DNA of 44,981 bases from Gemmatimonadales bacterium (GTDB lineage: Bacteria > Gemmatimonadota > Gemmatimonadetes > Gemmatimonadales > GWC2-71-9): NCBI GenBank assembly GCA_035573835.1, contig DATLZT010000185.1, positions 1-44,981 on the forward strand. Direction: 5' to 3'. Below the pieces are notes generated by a model. That model was not told the origin of the DNA, searched no databases, and saw only the letters and a list, made by a program, of their open reading frames with translations. A program made the translations under genes and the position numbers. This document shows positions 8,439 to 17,053 of this stretch, piece after piece (the stretch's first letter is position 1; each line of letters begins with the position of its first letter).

Positions 8439-9169
8439 CCCCGCACCGTCTCGATCAATGGATAGTTGGTGAGGTCCATGTGGAGCGGGGTGATCGAGAT
8501 GTACCCCGTCGCCACCGCATGGTGGTCGGAGTCCTCCCCGCCGGTCCAGGTGATGGTGCCGCCCCCGATCCAGAAGATCTCCCGTCCCCATGGATCCTTC
8601 ATCCGGGTGAGCGACTCCGAAAAGTACCGGCTCCCGAGGCGGGTCACCCGCACGCCCTTCACGGCGTCGGCCGGGACCGGGGGGAGGTTGATGTTGAGCA
8701 GCATCTCCGACGGGAAGTCATCCAGGGAGGTGATGCGCCGCACCAGGTCGGTGAGCCGGTCCCGGTAGGTCATCATGATCGCCGGGTCGTTCCCGGCGAA
8801 GGAGATGGCGACGCCCGGGACGCCGAGGGTCACGGCCTCCATGGCGGCGGAGACGGTGCCCGAGTAGAGCACGTCCTCCCCCATGTTCTGGCCATGGTTC
8901 ACGCCGGAGAAGACGAAGTCGGGGCGCTCGGGCATGAGCGCCTGCACCGCCAGCAGGACGCAATCGGTGGGCGTCCCGTCCACCTGGTAGGCGCCGTCGG
9001 CCCGGCGGGCCGGACGGAGCGGCCGGTGGAGGGTGAGCGAGTGCGAAGTGCCGCTCTGTTCGCGGTCGGGGGCCACGATCGTGACCCGTCCCACCTGCTG
9101 GCACGCCTCGGCGAGGAGCGCCAGGCCCGGCGCGAGGATGCCGTCGTCGTTGCTGACCAGGATGTTCAT
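8420..9169 (-). CDS. surE: 5'/3'-nucleotidase SurE
   Basis: MNILVSNDDGILAPG...SGVNHGQNMGEDVLYSGTVSAAMEA; ATG start. Confidence 0.93.
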   Translation of the reverse strand: MNILVSNDDGILAPGLALLAEACQQVGRVTIVAPDREQSGTSHSLTLHRPLRPARRADGAYQVDGTPTDCVLLAVQALMPERPDFVFSGVNHGQNMGEDVLYSGTVSAAMEAVTLGVPGVAISFAGNDPAIMMTYRDRLTDLVRRITSLDDFPSEMLLNINLPPVPADAVKGVRVTRLGSRYFSESLTRMKDPWGREIFWIGGGTITWTGGEDSDHHAVATGYISITPLHMDLTNYPLIETVRGWALEG

Positions 9170-9239
9170 CGGGCGGGAAAGATAACCCCGACGCCCCGCT
9201 CGCGGCCGCGCCGGCCGGCGCGACGGTGGGCCGTTTGCC

Positions 9240-9641
9240 TCACGCCGGCGGCGCCGGTTCCGCCGGGGGCTCGACCGTCCGGGGCTGCCGCCCGTCCAGG
9301 ATCGCGATCACGTCCTCGACGGCGCCCCGGAGCTCCTCCACCGTCTCCAGCGCCAGCGCCCGCTTGGCCGCGCCCCGGAGCTCGCCGGTGCGGCGGTATT
9401 GCTCGATCCGCTGGCGCGCCCCCTCGATGGTGTACTTCTCGGTGTAGAGCAGGTGCTTCACGAGCATGATGAGCTCGACCTCCCTGCTCTTGTAGACCCG
9501 ATTCCCCGAGCGGTTCTTGGCCGGATGGAGGAAGCGGAACTGGCTCTCCCAGTAGCGCAGCACGTGGGGCTTGAGCCCGGTGAGCGCGCAGACCTCGCCG
9601 ATCGAGAAGAACTCCCGCTGGGGGGGACGGGTCGACGTCAT
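9240..9641 (-). CDS. MerR family transcriptional regulator
   Basis: 133 aa. The HTH region is FSIGEVCALTGLKPHVLRYWESQF...NRSGNRVY. The ATG at 9641 overlaps the gpsA stop (ATGA). Confidence 0.85.
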   Translation of the reverse strand: MTSTRPPQREFFSIGEVCALTGLKPHVLRYWESQFRFLHPAKNRSGNRVYKSREVELIMLVKHLLYTEKYTIEGARQRIEQYRRTGELRGAAKRALALETVEELRGAVEDVIAILDGRQPRTVEPPAEPAPPA

Positions 9642-10636
9642 CGCCACTGCTCCGGCTTGAGGGCGCGCTCCATGAGGTCGCTCACGGCCCGCTCGGGCGA
9701 CTTGCCGTCGAAGAGGATGGCGCAGACCTGGGCCGCCACCGGGAGCTCGACCCCCGTCCGCTCGCCCAGGGCCACCGCGGCCCGGGCGGTGTTCACCCCC
9801 TCGGCCACGCTCCGGTGCGTCGCCGTGTAGGCGGCCAGGCTCTCGCCCCGCGCCAGCGCGAGTCCCAGGGCGCGGTTCCGGCTCAACGCCCCGCAGGTCG
9901 TGAGGATCAGGTCCCCCATCCCGGCGAGCCCCGCGAAGGTGGCCGGCTCGGCCCCCAGCGCCAGGCCCAGGCGGGTCATCTCGGCCAGCCCCCGGGTGAT
10001 CAACGCCGCCCGGGGGTTGTGGCCCAGTCCCAATCCCTCCAGGATCCCGGCCGCGATCGCGATCACGTTCTTGAGCGCGCCCGCCAACTCCACGCCGATC
10101 ACGTCGGGATTGGTGTAGACCCGGAAGCGCGGCGTCGCGAAGATCCGCTGGGCCTCCTCGGCCGCGCCCGGGTCGCGCGAGGCCGCCACCACCGCGGTGG
10201 GCTGGCCTCGATACACCTCTTCGGCGAAGCTCGGCCCCGAGAGGACGGCGATGCGGGCCGCCGGCAGGAGCTCGCCCAGCACCGTCGACATCGGCTTGAG
10301 CGAGTCGGTCTCGAGACCCTTGGTGGCGCTCACCACCAGGGTCCCCGGCGGGATGGCGTCGGCCACCGGGGCGATGACCGAGCGCACCGCGTGGCTGGGC
10401 GCCGCCGAGAGCACCACGTCGGCACCGGCCAGCGCCCCGCGGCGGTCGGCGCAGGCCCGGAGCGTGGGGGCGAGCGGCGCTCCGGGGAGGAACACCGTGT
10501 TCTCGTGGTGCGCATTGATCGCCTCGACCACCTCGGCCTCGTAGGCCCACAGCCGCACCTCGAGGCCCTTCCGTGCGAGGAGGTCGGCGAGCGTGGTCCC
10601 CCAGCTCCCGGCGCCCAGGACCGCGACCCGGCTCAT
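9638..10636 (-). CDS. gpsA: NAD(P)H-dependent glycerol-3-phosphate dehydrogenase
   Basis: MSRVAVLGAGSWGTTLA... and GALKNVIAIAAGI. The ATG at 10636 overlaps the plsY stop. Confidence 0.93.
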   Translation of the reverse strand: MSRVAVLGAGSWGTTLADLLARKGLEVRLWAYEAEVVEAINAHHENTVFLPGAPLAPTLRACADRRGALAGADVVLSAAPSHAVRSVIAPVADAIPPGTLVVSATKGLETDSLKPMSTVLGELLPAARIAVLSGPSFAEEVYRGQPTAVVAASRDPGAAEEAQRIFATPRFRVYTNPDVIGVELAGALKNVIAIAAGILEGLGLGHNPRAALITRGLAEMTRLGLALGAEPATFAGLAGMGDLILTTCGALSRNRALGLALARGESLAAYTATHRSVAEGVNTARAAVALGERTGVELPVAAQVCAILFDGKSPERAVSDLMERALKPEQWR

Positions 10637-11256
10637 GGCTTCGGCGCCGCGGGCGACCGGCGCCGCCCGAATCGGTTCTCCGTGCCGGCCAGCAGCCGCT
10701 GGATGTTGGCCCGGTGGAACCAGACGATCATGAGGGCCAGCGCCACGCCGATCCAGAGCACCTCGTCGCGCCCCGGATACAGCACCAGCACGGCGAGCGG
10801 GAAGACCGCGGCGGCCGTCATGCTGCCGAGCGAGACGTAGCCGGAGCAATACACCACCGCGAGCCAGACCACGAGCGCCACGCCGAGCGCCGCGGGGGCG
10901 AGTCCCAGCACCACCCCGGCCGCGGTCGCCACCCCCTTCCCGCCCCTGAACCGGACGAACACCGAGAAGACATGCCCCAGCACCGCGGTGAGCCCGCACG
11001 CCAGGGCGAACCAGGACGCCGGCGATCCGAGCGGGGCGAGCACCAGGACCGGGACGGCGCCCTTGGCCACGTCGACGAGCCCCACCGGGATGGCGAAGCG
11101 CCAGCCGAGCACCCGGTACACGTTGGTGGCGCCGAGGTTCTTGCTCCCGTGCTCCCGCAGGTCGATGCCCCGGGCGAGCCGTCCCACGAGGTAGCTGGTC
11201 GGGACGGCGCCCAGGAGGTACGAGAGGGCGAGGAGCGAGGCCATCGTGGTCGTCAT
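10633..11256 (-). CDS. plsY: Glycerol-3-phosphate acyltransferase PlsY
   Basis: Motifs HGSKNLGATNVYRVLG and RFRGGKGVATAAG. The ATG at 11256 overlaps the der stop; an ATG at 11244 is the alternative. Confidence 0.92.
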   Translation of the reverse strand: MTTTMASLLALSYLLGAVPTSYLVGRLARGIDLREHGSKNLGATNVYRVLGWRFAIPVGLVDVAKGAVPVLVLAPLGSPASWFALACGLTAVLGHVFSVFVRFRGGKGVATAAGVVLGLAPAALGVALVVWLAVVYCSGYVSLGSMTAAAVFPLAVLVLYPGRDEVLWIGVALALMIVWFHRANIQRLLAGTENRFGRRRSPAAPKP

Positions 11257-12575
11257 CGGCGGGCGCCCCGGCGGGTGAACTTGAGTCGAACCGGCGAGCC
11301 GGTGAATCCCCAGGCCGCGCGGAACCCGTGCACGAGATAACGCTGGTACGACTCGGGCACGTCCTCCGGCCGGTTGGTCACGATGGCGAAGCTCGGCGGC
11401 GCGGTGCCGATCTGCGAGGCGTAGAGCAGCTTGACCTCCTCTCCCGGCTTCTGGGGCGGCGCGGCGCGGTCGACCAGCTCCCGGAGGACCTCGTTCACCC
11501 GGGCCGTCGGGACCCGGACCCGGCGGGCCTCGGCGGTCTCGATGATGAGGTCGAGGATGCGGCGCACCCGCTGGCCGGTCAGCGCCGAGACGTAGACGAA
11601 CGGGACGTACTGGAGGAATGGCGCACGCTCGACGAGCGAGCGCTGGCCGCGCCGGGCGGTGTTGGGATCCTTGTCCGGGACCAGGTCCCACTTGTTGACC
11701 GTGATCACCAGCGCGGCGCCCCGGTCCCACGCCTCGGTGGCGATCCGGAGATCCTGGGTGTGGAGCCCGACCGTGGCGTCGACCACCAGCACGCAGACGT
11801 CGGCTCGCTCGATGGCGCGGCGGGTCCGGAGGGTCGAGTAGAACTCGATGTCGTCCTCGACCTTGGTGCGCTTCCGGAGGCCGGCAGTGTCGATGAAGTT
11901 CAGAACGCGCCCGTGGTATCGCAAGGGCGAGTCGACCGCGTCCCGGGTGGTGCCGGCCTCCGGCGCCACCAGGTGCCGCTCCTCGCCGATGAGTCGGTTG
12001 ATGAGCGACGACTTCCCCACGTTGGGCCGTCCCACGACCGCCACGTTGATCGTGTCTTCCTGGGGGACCGGCTCGTCGGGGGGGAGCCGCTCCACGATGG
12101 CGTCGAGCAGGTCGCCACTCCCCCGGCCGACCTGCGCCGAGACCGGGATCGGGTCGCCGAGCCCGAGCTCGTAGAAGGCGTATTGCCCGGTGGCCCGCGC
12201 CAGGTCGTCGAGCTTGTTGACGGCGAGGAGCACCGGCCGGCCGGAGCGCCGGAGGCGCGCCGCGATTTCCCGGTCCACCGGCGTCACCCCATCGAGGCCG
12301 TCGACCAGGAACACGACCAGGTCGGCCTGCTCCACTGCCCGGTCGACCTGCCGGCGGATGGCCCGATCCATCGCCTCCTCCGAGCCGGGCACCAGCCCGC
12401 CGGTGTCCACCAGCCAGAACCTCCGGCCGCCCCACTCCGCCGCGGTGAAGTGCCGATCCCGGGTGGTACCGGCCCGGTCGGAGACGATCGCCGTCCGCTT
12501 CCCGACGAGCCGATTGAACAGCGTGGACTTGCCGACGTTGGGTCGGCCCACGATGGCGACGGTCCGCCTGGTCAC
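11253..12575 (-). CDS. der: Ribosome-associated GTPase Der (EngA)
   Basis: Two G domains (GRPNVGKSTLFN and GRPNVGKSSLIN) plus a KH-like C-terminus. The GTG at 12575 overlaps the upstream stop (GTGA). Confidence 0.93.
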   Translation of the reverse strand: MTRRTVAIVGRPNVGKSTLFNRLVGKRTAIVSDRAGTTRDRHFTAAEWGGRRFWLVDTGGLVPGSEEAMDRAIRRQVDRAVEQADLVVFLVDGLDGVTPVDREIAARLRRSGRPVLLAVNKLDDLARATGQYAFYELGLGDPIPVSAQVGRGSGDLLDAIVERLPPDEPVPQEDTINVAVVGRPNVGKSSLINRLIGEERHLVAPEAGTTRDAVDSPLRYHGRVLNFIDTAGLRKRTKVEDDIEFYSTLRTRRAIERADVCVLVVDATVGLHTQDLRIATEAWDRGAALVITVNKWDLVPDKDPNTARRGQRSLVERAPFLQYVPFVYVSALTGQRVRRILDLIIETAEARRVRVPTARVNEVLRELVDRAAPPQKPGEEVKLLYASQIGTAPPSFAIVTNRPEDVPESYQRYLVHGFRAAWGFTGSPVRLKFTRRGARR

Positions 12576-13849
12576 GCGGCGATGGGCGCCTGCAAGGCGT
12601 CGACGAAGTCCTTGGAGAGGCGGATCTCGACCGGGACCGACCGGGCGAGATCGTCCAGCGAGAGATCGTCCATGAAGAGCCCCGCGTCGTTCACCGATTC
12701 CCCCGGCACCAGGGCCAGGTCCAGGTCGCCGCGCCCCTCGAGCGCGCGCTGGAAGGCCCGCCCGGGGAGGAGACCGGCGCAGGTGACCCGCGACCCGAAG
12801 AGGCTGTTCTCCAACGCCATGAGCTCGAAGATGGCGCCGGTGGCCTCGGCCAGCGGGGACAGTACCTGCGGCATGAGGCGCCCCATCGAGGTCCCCGTGA
12901 GCACCGCGATCCGCTTCCCTTCCCACCCGCCCACCCCCGACAGGCCGTCCCGGACGCGCTGCTGCAGGTACCGCACCGAGCCGACGCCGTTTTCCACCTG
13001 GTCGAAGCCGTCGTAGCGCTCGGCGGGCGGCAGCTCCAGCTCGGCCCGCAAATACAGCTCGTCGGCGCCGTACACCCACGAGATCCCTCGTTCCCGCCGG
13101 GCCCGCTCGGCCCGCGGCTCGATCAGCGCGATGGCGGCGCGGCACTCCTCGCGGGTCGGCTCCCGCACCCGGTGGTGCTTGCTGAACTCGGTGAGCCCCA
13201 CCGGCACCACCGACACGCTCAGGATCGGCTCACCGAAGTCCCACAGATCGTCCAGCGTCCGCTCCAGCACGGCGCCGTCGTTCACGCCCGGCGACATCAC
13301 GATCTGGGTGTGGAACTCGATCCCGTGCTCGGCGAATCGGCGGAGTTGCGGAAGGATCTCCGGGGCGTCGGGATTCCGGAGCAGCCAGCGGCGTACCACC
13401 GGATCGGTGGCGTGCACCGACACGTAGAGTGGCGAGAGCCGGTACTCGATGATCCGGGCGGCGTCCCGCGGCTTGAGGTTCGTCAGGGTCGCGAAGTTGC
13501 CGTAGCGGAACGAGAGCCGGTAGTCGTCGTCCCGGATGTAGAGCACGTCGCGGAGCCCTTCCGGCAGGCCGTCCACGAAACAGAAGTCGCAGCGATTCGC
13601 GCAGCGCCGGATCCTGGGCGGCTCGAGCGACACCCCGAGCGGCTCCTCGAGCGGGCGCTCGATGTCGAACTCGATCGCCTCGCCGTCGGGCTGCCGGACC
13701 TGGAGCACGAAGTGCTCCTCGGCCGTGAGGAACTCCCAGTCGAGGAAATCCTCGAGCTCCCGGCCGTTCACCGACAGGAGCTCGGTGCCGGGCCTGAGTC
13801 CGAGCTCGGCCGCGATCGAGCCGGGGTGTACCGCCGTGACTCTGATCAT
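12572..13849 (-). CDS. PDZ / radical-SAM / DUF512 protein of unknown function
   Basis: It has an N-terminal PDZ-like segment (VHPGSIAAELGLRPGTELLSVNG), a canonical CX3CX2C motif (CANRCDFC) and a DUF512-like C-terminal half. The ATG at 13849 is preferred; an ATG at 13900 is the alternative. The upper part of track ORF 12572..14110 is read-through of tRNA-Gly. Confidence 0.8.
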   Translation of the reverse strand: MIRVTAVHPGSIAAELGLRPGTELLSVNGRELEDFLDWEFLTAEEHFVLQVRQPDGEAIEFDIERPLEEPLGVSLEPPRIRRCANRCDFCFVDGLPEGLRDVLYIRDDDYRLSFRYGNFATLTNLKPRDAARIIEYRLSPLYVSVHATDPVVRRWLLRNPDAPEILPQLRRFAEHGIEFHTQIVMSPGVNDGAVLERTLDDLWDFGEPILSVSVVPVGLTEFSKHHRVREPTREECRAAIALIEPRAERARRERGISWVYGADELYLRAELELPPAERYDGFDQVENGVGSVRYLQQRVRDGLSGVGGWEGKRIAVLTGTSMGRLMPQVLSPLAEATGAIFELMALENSLFGSRVTCAGLLPGRAFQRALEGRGDLDLALVPGESVNDAGLFMDDLSLDDLARSVPVEIRLSKDFVDALQAPIAA

Positions 13850-13973
13850 CCGGCCGAAGATGCCGACGTGGCGGCATAAATGCAAGTCCCGGCGCAACAT
13901 GAGTGGCCGATGCTCGTCTGGAACGTGAGGCATGGCGGGGGGATGGAGCGGCTTGGGCGGGGGCTCGGGCACA

Positions 13974-14005
13974 TGAAAACGCCCGCCTCGGCAACCGAGG
14001 CGGGC
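13974..14005 (-). terminator. Rho-independent terminator after tRNA-Gly
   Basis: On the minus strand: GCCCGCCTCG-GTTGC-CGAGGCGGGC followed by GTTTTCATG. The 10-bp perfect stem begins 18 nt past the tRNA 3' end. Confidence 0.7.
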
Positions 14006-14022
14006 GGCGGATGGGACCGGAG

Positions 14023-14095
<73 letters not shown>

Positions 14096-14185
14096 GGAGT
14101 TGCGCGACAACCACTTGCGCGCACACTGGAACGGGTTGGAATATGGCGATGGACCGAGCCCCGATCAAGGGGCCGGCGCCATGGC

Positions 14186-14212
14186 GGGCCGGCCGCCGGG
14201 AACGGCCGGCCC
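14186..14212 (-). terminator. GC-rich hairpin 14 nt downstream of the secreted TPR gene (terminator or RNA-processing/stability element; no U-tract)
   Basis: A perfect 10-bp stem GGGCCGGCCG/CGGCCGGCCC with a 7-nt loop. No T-run follows it on the minus strand. Confidence 0.3.
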
Positions 14213-14225
14213 CCTGCCGACCGGA

Positions 14226-15638
14226 CTATTTCCGGCGGTACCGCCAGGCGGCGATCCCGCTCCCCTGGGCCTCCACGCTCAGGTCCGTGGTGGCCCCGGG
14301 GGCGGGCGGCTCGACCGTCACGTCCCGAGTCGCGACCACCTGCCCCTCCGCCGTGAGGAACTCGAACGTGAGCGTCACCGGAGCCTTGGTCTGTTTCCGC
14401 CCGGTGGCCGTCGCGGCGAGGTTGGCCCCCCCAGCCGTGACATTGAAGGCGTTGACCTTCACCCCGAACGGCAGTGCCTCGAGCTGGGTCGCCAGGTCCC
14501 CGGCCTTGTTCATGTCCTGGGTCAGCACGTAGCCCTGCCCCAGCAGCCTGAGCACCGTCTCGTTCATCGGGTCGAGCTCGTGGAGCCGCCGCCCGACCGT
14601 GACGAGGTTCGCGCCGTCCTTGAGCTCGTAGTAGGTGTTGGCCAGGTTGTAGAGGAGGTCGCGGTCGTACGGGTTCTGCTCCAGCGCCTTGCGGAAGGCC
14701 TCGGCCGCCTCCTTGTACTTCTTGTCGCGGAAGAGGTTGACCCCGAGCTGCGCCAGATCCGACCCCGAGATGCCCCCCTCGGCCGGGCCCGCGGCCCCGG
14801 CGCTCGCGGCCAATTCGGCCTCCAGCTTCTGCGCCTTCTCCGTCTGGTCGGTCTGCCGGTAGGCGGTTGCGAGGCCCCGCTTCGCCTGCGGGTCGTTAGG
14901 TTCCCACGCGACGTACCGCTCGAAGACCTGCACCGCCTCCTGGTACCGCTTCTGGTTGATCAGCAGGGCGCCGAGGTTGTAGGCGGCGCTGTTCCGCACC
15001 TTGACCACGTTGCTGTCGCGGGTCTCGCCGGCGGCGTCCACCGCCAGCCTGAGGTAGTGGATGGCGCTGTCCGGCTGGCCACGGTCGTTGTAGATGAACC
15101 CGAGCCGGTAGTACGGGTCCGGGGCGCTGGGGTGGATCCGCGCCGCCTCGCGGAACATCACTGCCGCCGAGTCCCCGTTGCCGGCCTTGGTGAATTCCTG
15201 CCCCGCGTTCATCAGCGCGCTCCAGACGCCCACCCGGAAGCGGCGGACCTCCTCGCCGCAGTCGGGCCTGAGCGCCAGCGTCCGGGCAAAGGCCGAGTCG
15301 GCGCCGGCCAGGTCCCCGCGCTGGAGGTGGATCCGGCCCAGGTAGTACCAAGCGGCCGGGTTCTTCCCCTGGCCGTTGTCCTTGATCGCTTCGTTGAGGA
15401 CCCGCTCCCCGTCGTTCAGCAGGCGGCTCCGGTTCTCCGGGACCGACGTGCCCAGCGCCGAGTTGAGGTAGGTCTTGCCGCTCCCGACCTTGAAGTGTCC
15501 CGGCTTGAGCTCGCACTTGGGATCCTCGAGCCGCGTGGGCAGCGCGGCGACCACCCGACCGGCCGCCGGCGACTGCTGCGCCGCCGCCGGCCACGCGGCG
15601 GCCGCGACGAGGACTCCCAGGAAGAAGATCTTCGTCAT
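14226..15638 (-). CDS. Secreted tetratricopeptide-repeat protein
   Basis: Signal peptide MTKIFFLGVLVAAAAWPAAAQ, multiple TPR-like repeats and a beta-rich C-terminal roughly 90 aa. The ATG overlaps the larC stop (ATGA). Confidence 0.8.
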   Translation of the reverse strand: MTKIFFLGVLVAAAAWPAAAQQSPAAGRVVAALPTRLEDPKCELKPGHFKVGSGKTYLNSALGTSVPENRSRLLNDGERVLNEAIKDNGQGKNPAAWYYLGRIHLQRGDLAGADSAFARTLALRPDCGEEVRRFRVGVWSALMNAGQEFTKAGNGDSAAVMFREAARIHPSAPDPYYRLGFIYNDRGQPDSAIHYLRLAVDAAGETRDSNVVKVRNSAAYNLGALLINQKRYQEAVQVFERYVAWEPNDPQAKRGLATAYRQTDQTEKAQKLEAELAASAGAAGPAEGGISGSDLAQLGVNLFRDKKYKEAAEAFRKALEQNPYDRDLLYNLANTYYELKDGANLVTVGRRLHELDPMNETVLRLLGQGYVLTQDMNKAGDLATQLEALPFGVKVNAFNVTAGGANLAATATGRKQTKAPVTLTFEFLTAEGQVVATRDVTVEPPAPGATTDLSVEAQGSGIAAWRYRRK

Positions 15639-17053
15639 TCCGACTCCTTGCGGTGCTGTGGGTGCGATCCGCCGGCTCCTGCCCGCATCCGGGCGAGCGC
15701 CGCCTCGCGGATCTCCTGCGCCAGCGCATGCGCGGGCCGGCCCAGCCGGCGCGCCGCGGCGGCGACGTCATCGTATTCCGGCTTCACCCGCGGGCCGTCC
15801 GGGGCGTCCACCACCTTCACCCGGATCGCCGGGCCGCCGGGGACCTCGACCGCGAAGTCCCACCGTGGCAAGGTGACGCGCTCGGCGCGCCAGGTGCGTA
15901 CGCCGGCGGTGGTACTGTGGCGGAAGAACGTCTCCCGGACCGCCGCCGCCCGGGCCTCGTCGGTGATCGCCTCGATCCGGAACCCGGCGCGGCCCTTCTT
16001 CATCTGCGTGGCCCAGACCTGCACGTCGAGCGCGCCGGCCGCGGCGAGCGCCTCCCGGAGCGGGTCGAGATACTCCGGGCTCAGGTCGTCGAGGTCGGTG
16101 GCGATCACCACCACGTCCGCCGCCTCCGGCGCCGGCTCCGCGATCGTGAGGCGGAGCACGTTCGGGTACGTGCCCGGATCGCGCGTCCCCGCCCCGTAGC
16201 CGGTGCGCACCGGCCGCCAGCGCCCCGGCGCCGCTCCGTCGGCGAGCACCCGCAGGAGCGCGGCGCCGGTCGGGGTCGTCGCCTCACCCATCACCGGGCC
16301 GTCCGGCGCGATCTCCAGCCCCTCCACCAGGAGCGCCGTGGCCGGCGTCGGCACCGGGAGCGCCCCGTGCGCGGCCCGAACCCAGCCTCGTCCCAGCGCC
16401 ACCGGCCGGGCATGGATCCGCCGGATGCCCAGCCGCTCGAACCCCTCCACCGCACCGACCACATCGACCAGCGCGTCCACCGCCCCCACCTCGTGGAGGT
16501 GGACCGCCTCGGCGGGTACCCCATGCACCCGTCCCTCCGCCTCGCCGATCAGCCGGAACACCCGCTCGGCCCGCTCCCTGACCCAGGGCGACAGCTCGGC
16601 CCGGCGGATGATCTCGATCAGGTCCCCCACCCGGCGGTGCGGGCCATGGTGGTCCCCGCCGCGCTCCCCGTGAGCGTGACCGTGCCCATGGGCATGCCCG
16701 TGCGGGTGGGGGTGATGGTGCGCGTGGCCGTGGTCATGATGGTCGTGCCCCTGGTGGTCATGGTGGCCGTGACCGTGGGGCCGGCCGATCGAGACGTCCG
16801 ACGGTTCCTCCACTCGACCGTCCGGCAGCCGCACCGTGACCTTGACCGCGTCCACACCGCATCGGCTCACCCGGCCCACCTCAACCCGCACGTCGGGGTA
16901 GCCGAGCCGGGCCGGGAGCCCGGTCAGCCACTCGACCGGGGCGCCGCAGGCCACGAGCGCGCCGAGCAGCATGTCGCCGCTGATTCCCGCGGCCGGGTCG
17001 AGGAGGGCGAAGGAGCGACCAGTCACGGCGACAAATATAGTCGGGTCCACCAC
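15635..17053 (-). CDS. larC: LarC-family nickel insertion protein (DUF111/UPF0272; pyridinium-3,5-bisthiocarboxylate mononucleotide nickel chelatase)
   Basis: The N-terminus LDPAAGISGDMLLGAL and the central and C-terminal LarC-like regions are present. A His-rich insert spans aa 93-139 (23 His in 47 residues; nt 16637-16777). The GTG at 17053 directly abuts the thrC-like stop. Confidence 0.85.
   Translation of the reverse strand: MVDPTIFVAVTGRSFALLDPAAGISGDMLLGALVACGAPVEWLTGLPARLGYPDVRVEVGRVSRCGVDAVKVTVRLPDGRVEEPSDVSIGRPHGHGHHDHQGHDHHDHGHAHHHPHPHGHAHGHGHAHGERGGDHHGPHRRVGDLIEIIRRAELSPWVRERAERVFRLIGEAEGRVHGVPAEAVHLHEVGAVDALVDVVGAVEGFERLGIRRIHARPVALGRGWVRAAHGALPVPTPATALLVEGLEIAPDGPVMGEATTPTGAALLRVLADGAAPGRWRPVRTGYGAGTRDPGTYPNVLRLTIAEPAPEAADVVVIATDLDDLSPEYLDPLREALAAAGALDVQVWATQMKKGRAGFRIEAITDEARAAAVRETFFRHSTTAGVRTWRAERVTLPRWDFAVEVPGGPAIRVKVVDAPDGPRVKPEYDDVAAAARRLGRPAHALAQEIREAALARMRAGAGGSHPQHRKESE

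Noticed and set aside
9207-9222. A perfect 16-nt G/C palindrome, CGCGCCGGCCGGCGCG, between merR and surE, considered as a possible MerR operator or terminator.
   Set aside because: A rough estimate gives a few such GC-only palindromes by chance in 45 kb at this composition. There is no U-tract and no flanking promoter elements.
13857-13885. Possible promoter TTGCAT-N17-CATCTT ending 7 nt before the DUF512 ATG, which would imply a leaderless mRNA.
   Set aside because: The -10 element matches only 3/6 positions. There is no independent support, and an alternative upstream ATG (13900) exists.
16637-16777. Repetitive GTG/ATG-rich DNA that could be taken for a tandem repeat or array.
   Set aside because: It is the reverse complement of CAC/CAT codons encoding the His-rich insert of LarC. 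It is in frame and has no spacer/repeat periodicity.
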